This document shows, piece by piece, positions 61,422 to 64,000 of a stretch of DNA of 64,000 bases. This DNA is from an uncultured Dehalococcoidia bacterium. Lineage in GTDB: Bacteria; Chloroflexota; Dehalococcoidia; Lucifugimonadales; UBA826. Position numbers and translations under genes: made by a program. The DNA is taken from the NCBI GenBank assembly GCA_964409595.1, contig CAYPDR010000021.1:11336-75335 (forward strand). Direction: 5' to 3'. Under the pieces are notes generated by a model that had not been told where the DNA came from, made no database searches, and saw only the letters and a list, made by a program, of their open reading frames with translations. How positions within the stretch are numbered: position 1 is the stretch's first letter; each line of letters opens with the position of its first letter.

Positions 61422-62618
61422 ATGGGAGCACTAAGCGATATTAAGGTTCTTGACCTATCCAGGATTCTTGCTGGCCCTTTTGGAACTCAGATACTTTCGG
61501 ATCTTGGAGCCGAAGTCTGGAAGGTGGAATCTCCCTGGGGGGACGATACCAGAGGATGGGGCCCACCTTTCGTCGGAGATGAAAGCGCATATTATCTTTC
61601 TGCCAACAGAGGCAAGAAAAGCATAATAGTAAATCTTAGAGATGAGAGAGGCCAAAAAATAATCAAAGAATTAGCCCTGAGGGCTGATATATTTGTAGAA
61701 AACTTCAAGGTGGGAAACCTCGCCAGATTTGGACTGGATTACAATTCTTTGTCTCAAATTAACCCAGGGCTCATCTACGCGTCTGTCACTGGTTTTGGAC
61801 AGACGGGACCACGAGCTGCTGAGCCAGGTTATGATGCTGCCTTGCAGGGCATGACTGGAATAATGAGCGTAACCGGAGAACCTAATGGAGGACCGACTAA
61901 AGTAGGTGCTGCTTGGGTAGATATCCTTACAGGACTTACTTCGACAATTGGAATACTTTCTGCCCTGCATGAAAAGAGTATTAGTGGCCAAGGACAACAT
62001 GTGGACGTATCTCTTTTTGACGTTGGGATTGCATGCATGGCGAACATAGCCCACAGCTATCTCGCGACCGGGATCTCTCCCGGAAGAATAGGCAACGCTC
62101 ATCCTCAAGTAGCTCCCTATCAGGACTTTAGCGCCTCCGACGGGGATTTCATGACAGCGGCAAATAATGACGATCAGTTTATTAGATTATGCCAAACTGT
62201 TGGCCTACCAGAAATTTCAAAGGACGAGAGGTTTAAAAGCAACGCTCTCCGAGTAGAAAATAGAATCGAACTAGTTGCATTACTTAACCATCAAATAAGG
62301 GAAAAACCACTTTCACACTGGATATCTGCTCTGCAGCGGGCAGGTCTAACAGTGACACCTATCAACACAATAGAAAGCGCCTTAAAGGATCCACAATCTG
62401 AAGCACGAAAATCTATATGGAATGTGGAACACCCAACTCTTGGAAATGTTCAACTTCTCGGGAGTGCCCTACAGCATCTTAGTAGAACCCCTGCTATCCC
62501 TCAGGGTCACCCTCCCCTTTTGGGAGAGCACACTTTCCAAATAATGGAAAAAGTACTGGGAATGTCAAGCGGCGAGATAGAAAACCTGGTCGCGGACGAG
62601 GTTATAAAAGGAAGATAG
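61422..62618 (+). CDS. Family III (CaiB/BaiF) CoA transferase
   Basis: VLDLSRILAGP, GDDTRGWGPPF, NRGKKS, ENFK, GYD, PPLLGEH. Confidence 0.92.
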   Translation: MGALSDIKVLDLSRILAGPFGTQILSDLGAEVWKVESPWGDDTRGWGPPFVGDESAYYLSANRGKKSIIVNLRDERGQKIIKELALRADIFVENFKVGNLARFGLDYNSLSQINPGLIYASVTGFGQTGPRAAEPGYDAALQGMTGIMSVTGEPNGGPTKVGAAWVDILTGLTSTIGILSALHEKSISGQGQHVDVSLFDVGIACMANIAHSYLATGISPGRIGNAHPQVAPYQDFSASDGDFMTAANNDDQFIRLCQTVGLPEISKDERFKSNALRVENRIELVALLNHQIREKPLSHWISALQRAGLTVTPINTIESALKDPQSEARKSIWNVEHPTLGNVQLLGSALQHLSRTPAIPQGHPPLLGEHTFQIMEKVLGMSSGEIENLVADEVIKGR

Positions 62619-62678
62619 TCTACAAGCTAAAAGCTTGGATAACATGGAGGATCACCCGACCTCCATCAAGGAGTCAAG

Positions 62679-63863
62679 ATGAAGATAAAAAGTGTCAAGG
62701 CGATTCCAGTAGATTTGACCCCCCAACCAAAAACCAATCCCAGGGTTCCTAAAGATCCCAATAGAGGATACTTCGCCAGCCCTATGGACAGATATTCTAG
62801 CGATTTTCCAGGAAGATCATGGTCCGATCACTGGCAGAAAGTAGCTTGCGTCGTCACAGCTGAAGATGGCACCTGGGGACTAGGCATTTCAATAGCCTCG
62901 GGGCCAGTATGCTCAATCATAAACGACCATTTCTCAGAGGTTCTCATCGGACAAAACCCCATGGCTACAGAGAAACTGTGGGACATTATGCGTAGGTCCT
63001 CATCTCCGCACGGTACAGCCGGAGTTGCCAGCTACGCCATCAGCGCCGTGGACAACGCTGTATGGGATTTGAAAGGTAAACTACTTGGCAAACCGGTATA
63101 TGAGCTTCTCGGTGGACCAGTCAAAGATGAAATTTTCTGTTACGCATCAAATACGATGCTAAACTACAAGACTAGTGACTATCTAGAATGGTTCCTTGAA
63201 TTAGGCTTTAGGGCAGTCAAAGTGTTCCTGCGACATGGACCAGAGAAGGGACTCGAAGGTTTGAATAAGAATGTTGAAATCATCTCAAAGGCCAGGGAGC
63301 AAATCGGACCTGACGTTGAACTTGCTGTCGACTCATGGATGTCATTGAACATCGAGTACGCTGTAAGGATTTCCGAAGCCCTGAAACCCTACAAGATCAA
63401 ATGGCTGGAAGACTACATGTTGCCTGAAGACCTCGATAGCTACGCTAGGCTTAGGTCAAGAGTGCCTGGTCAAACGCTAGCCACTGGTGAACACTGGTAT
63501 ACAATCCATCCCTTCGCAGACGCCGCTGGACGTGGTTTAGTAGACATCTTGCAACCAGACATTCAATGGGTAGGAGGAGTAACTGCCAGCGTGAGAATAT
63601 GCCACATTGCAGAAGCTCATGGATTAAGCGTTATTGGTCATGCTGGCATGAATTATCCTTACGGACAGCATCTGGCTTATGCAATGCCAGTTATTCCCTG
63701 GGGCGAGAGATCTGAAGGAGTCTCTCCTCCCGGTGTTCCTTTGGAAGAAATGAGGGTTCTGCCAGGCACCCCTATTATCAAAAACGGATACGTTAAACCC
63801 TCAGATGCCCCGGGGTTCGGGATAGAAGTGGATCTGGAATGGATTGAATCAAGGTCACGCTAA
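62679..63863 (+). CDS. L-rhamnonate dehydratase-like enolase-superfamily enzyme
   Basis: ISAVDNAVWDLKGK, HGP, VDSWMSL, WLED, TGEHWYT, QPDIQWVGG. Confidence 0.8.
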   Translation: MKIKSVKAIPVDLTPQPKTNPRVPKDPNRGYFASPMDRYSSDFPGRSWSDHWQKVACVVTAEDGTWGLGISIASGPVCSIINDHFSEVLIGQNPMATEKLWDIMRRSSSPHGTAGVASYAISAVDNAVWDLKGKLLGKPVYELLGGPVKDEIFCYASNTMLNYKTSDYLEWFLELGFRAVKVFLRHGPEKGLEGLNKNVEIISKAREQIGPDVELAVDSWMSLNIEYAVRISEALKPYKIKWLEDYMLPEDLDSYARLRSRVPGQTLATGEHWYTIHPFADAAGRGLVDILQPDIQWVGGVTASVRICHIAEAHGLSVIGHAGMNYPYGQHLAYAMPVIPWGERSEGVSPPGVPLEEMRVLPGTPIIKNGYVKPSDAPGFGIEVDLEWIESRSR

Positions 63864-63865
63864 AT

Positions 63866-63925
63866 AGGCAGCCCCTGCCTGTTGAAGCCATTGAAAGGAC
63901 CCTAATGGAACGCTTTCAATGGCTT
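63866..63925 (+). terminator. Two tandem hairpins after the stop codon (putative terminator)
   Basis: AGGCAG-ccc-CTGCCT (63866-63880), then AAGCCATTGAAAG (63885-63897) / CTTTCAATGGCTT (63913-63925), a perfect 13-bp inverted repeat. Confidence 0.5.
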
Positions 63926-64000
63926 GATAGGTTATTTCTATTAGCTTTTGAGGAATCCAACTTTTTCGTATTCACCTTTCACAACCGGCCTAGCATCTAC

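Overview
Gene-dense bacterial chromosomal segment with about 55 CDSs. I found no rRNA, tRNA, CRISPR array or mobile element. Content is dominated by paralogous catabolic enzymes: six luciferase-like/F420-type monooxygenases, six SDRs, four mandelate-racemase/enolase-superfamily proteins, two family-III CoA transferases, TPP enzymes and four MFS transporters. The few housekeeping genes are glnS, orn and msrA. This profile resembles marine SAR202 Chloroflexota (inference only; no marker gene is present). The most striking element is a twice-occurring module of unknown function: NHL beta-propeller + DUF1800 (13080-15555) and DUF1800 + DUF1501 + NHL (18653-22276). None of these proteins has a visible export signal, and the two propellers share an unusual insert before the last blade. 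The ORF track hides three damaged genes: an LLM with one in-frame TAG, an SDR with an in-frame TAG and TGA, and a frameshifted D-aminoacylase remnant. Other oddities are an anchorless SPFH protein coupled to NfeD, a ComDE-like decarboxylase with an altered TPP motif, KxH-type enolases and a divergent malate-synthase-like protein. All family calls come from motif recognition by eye; no database search was run.
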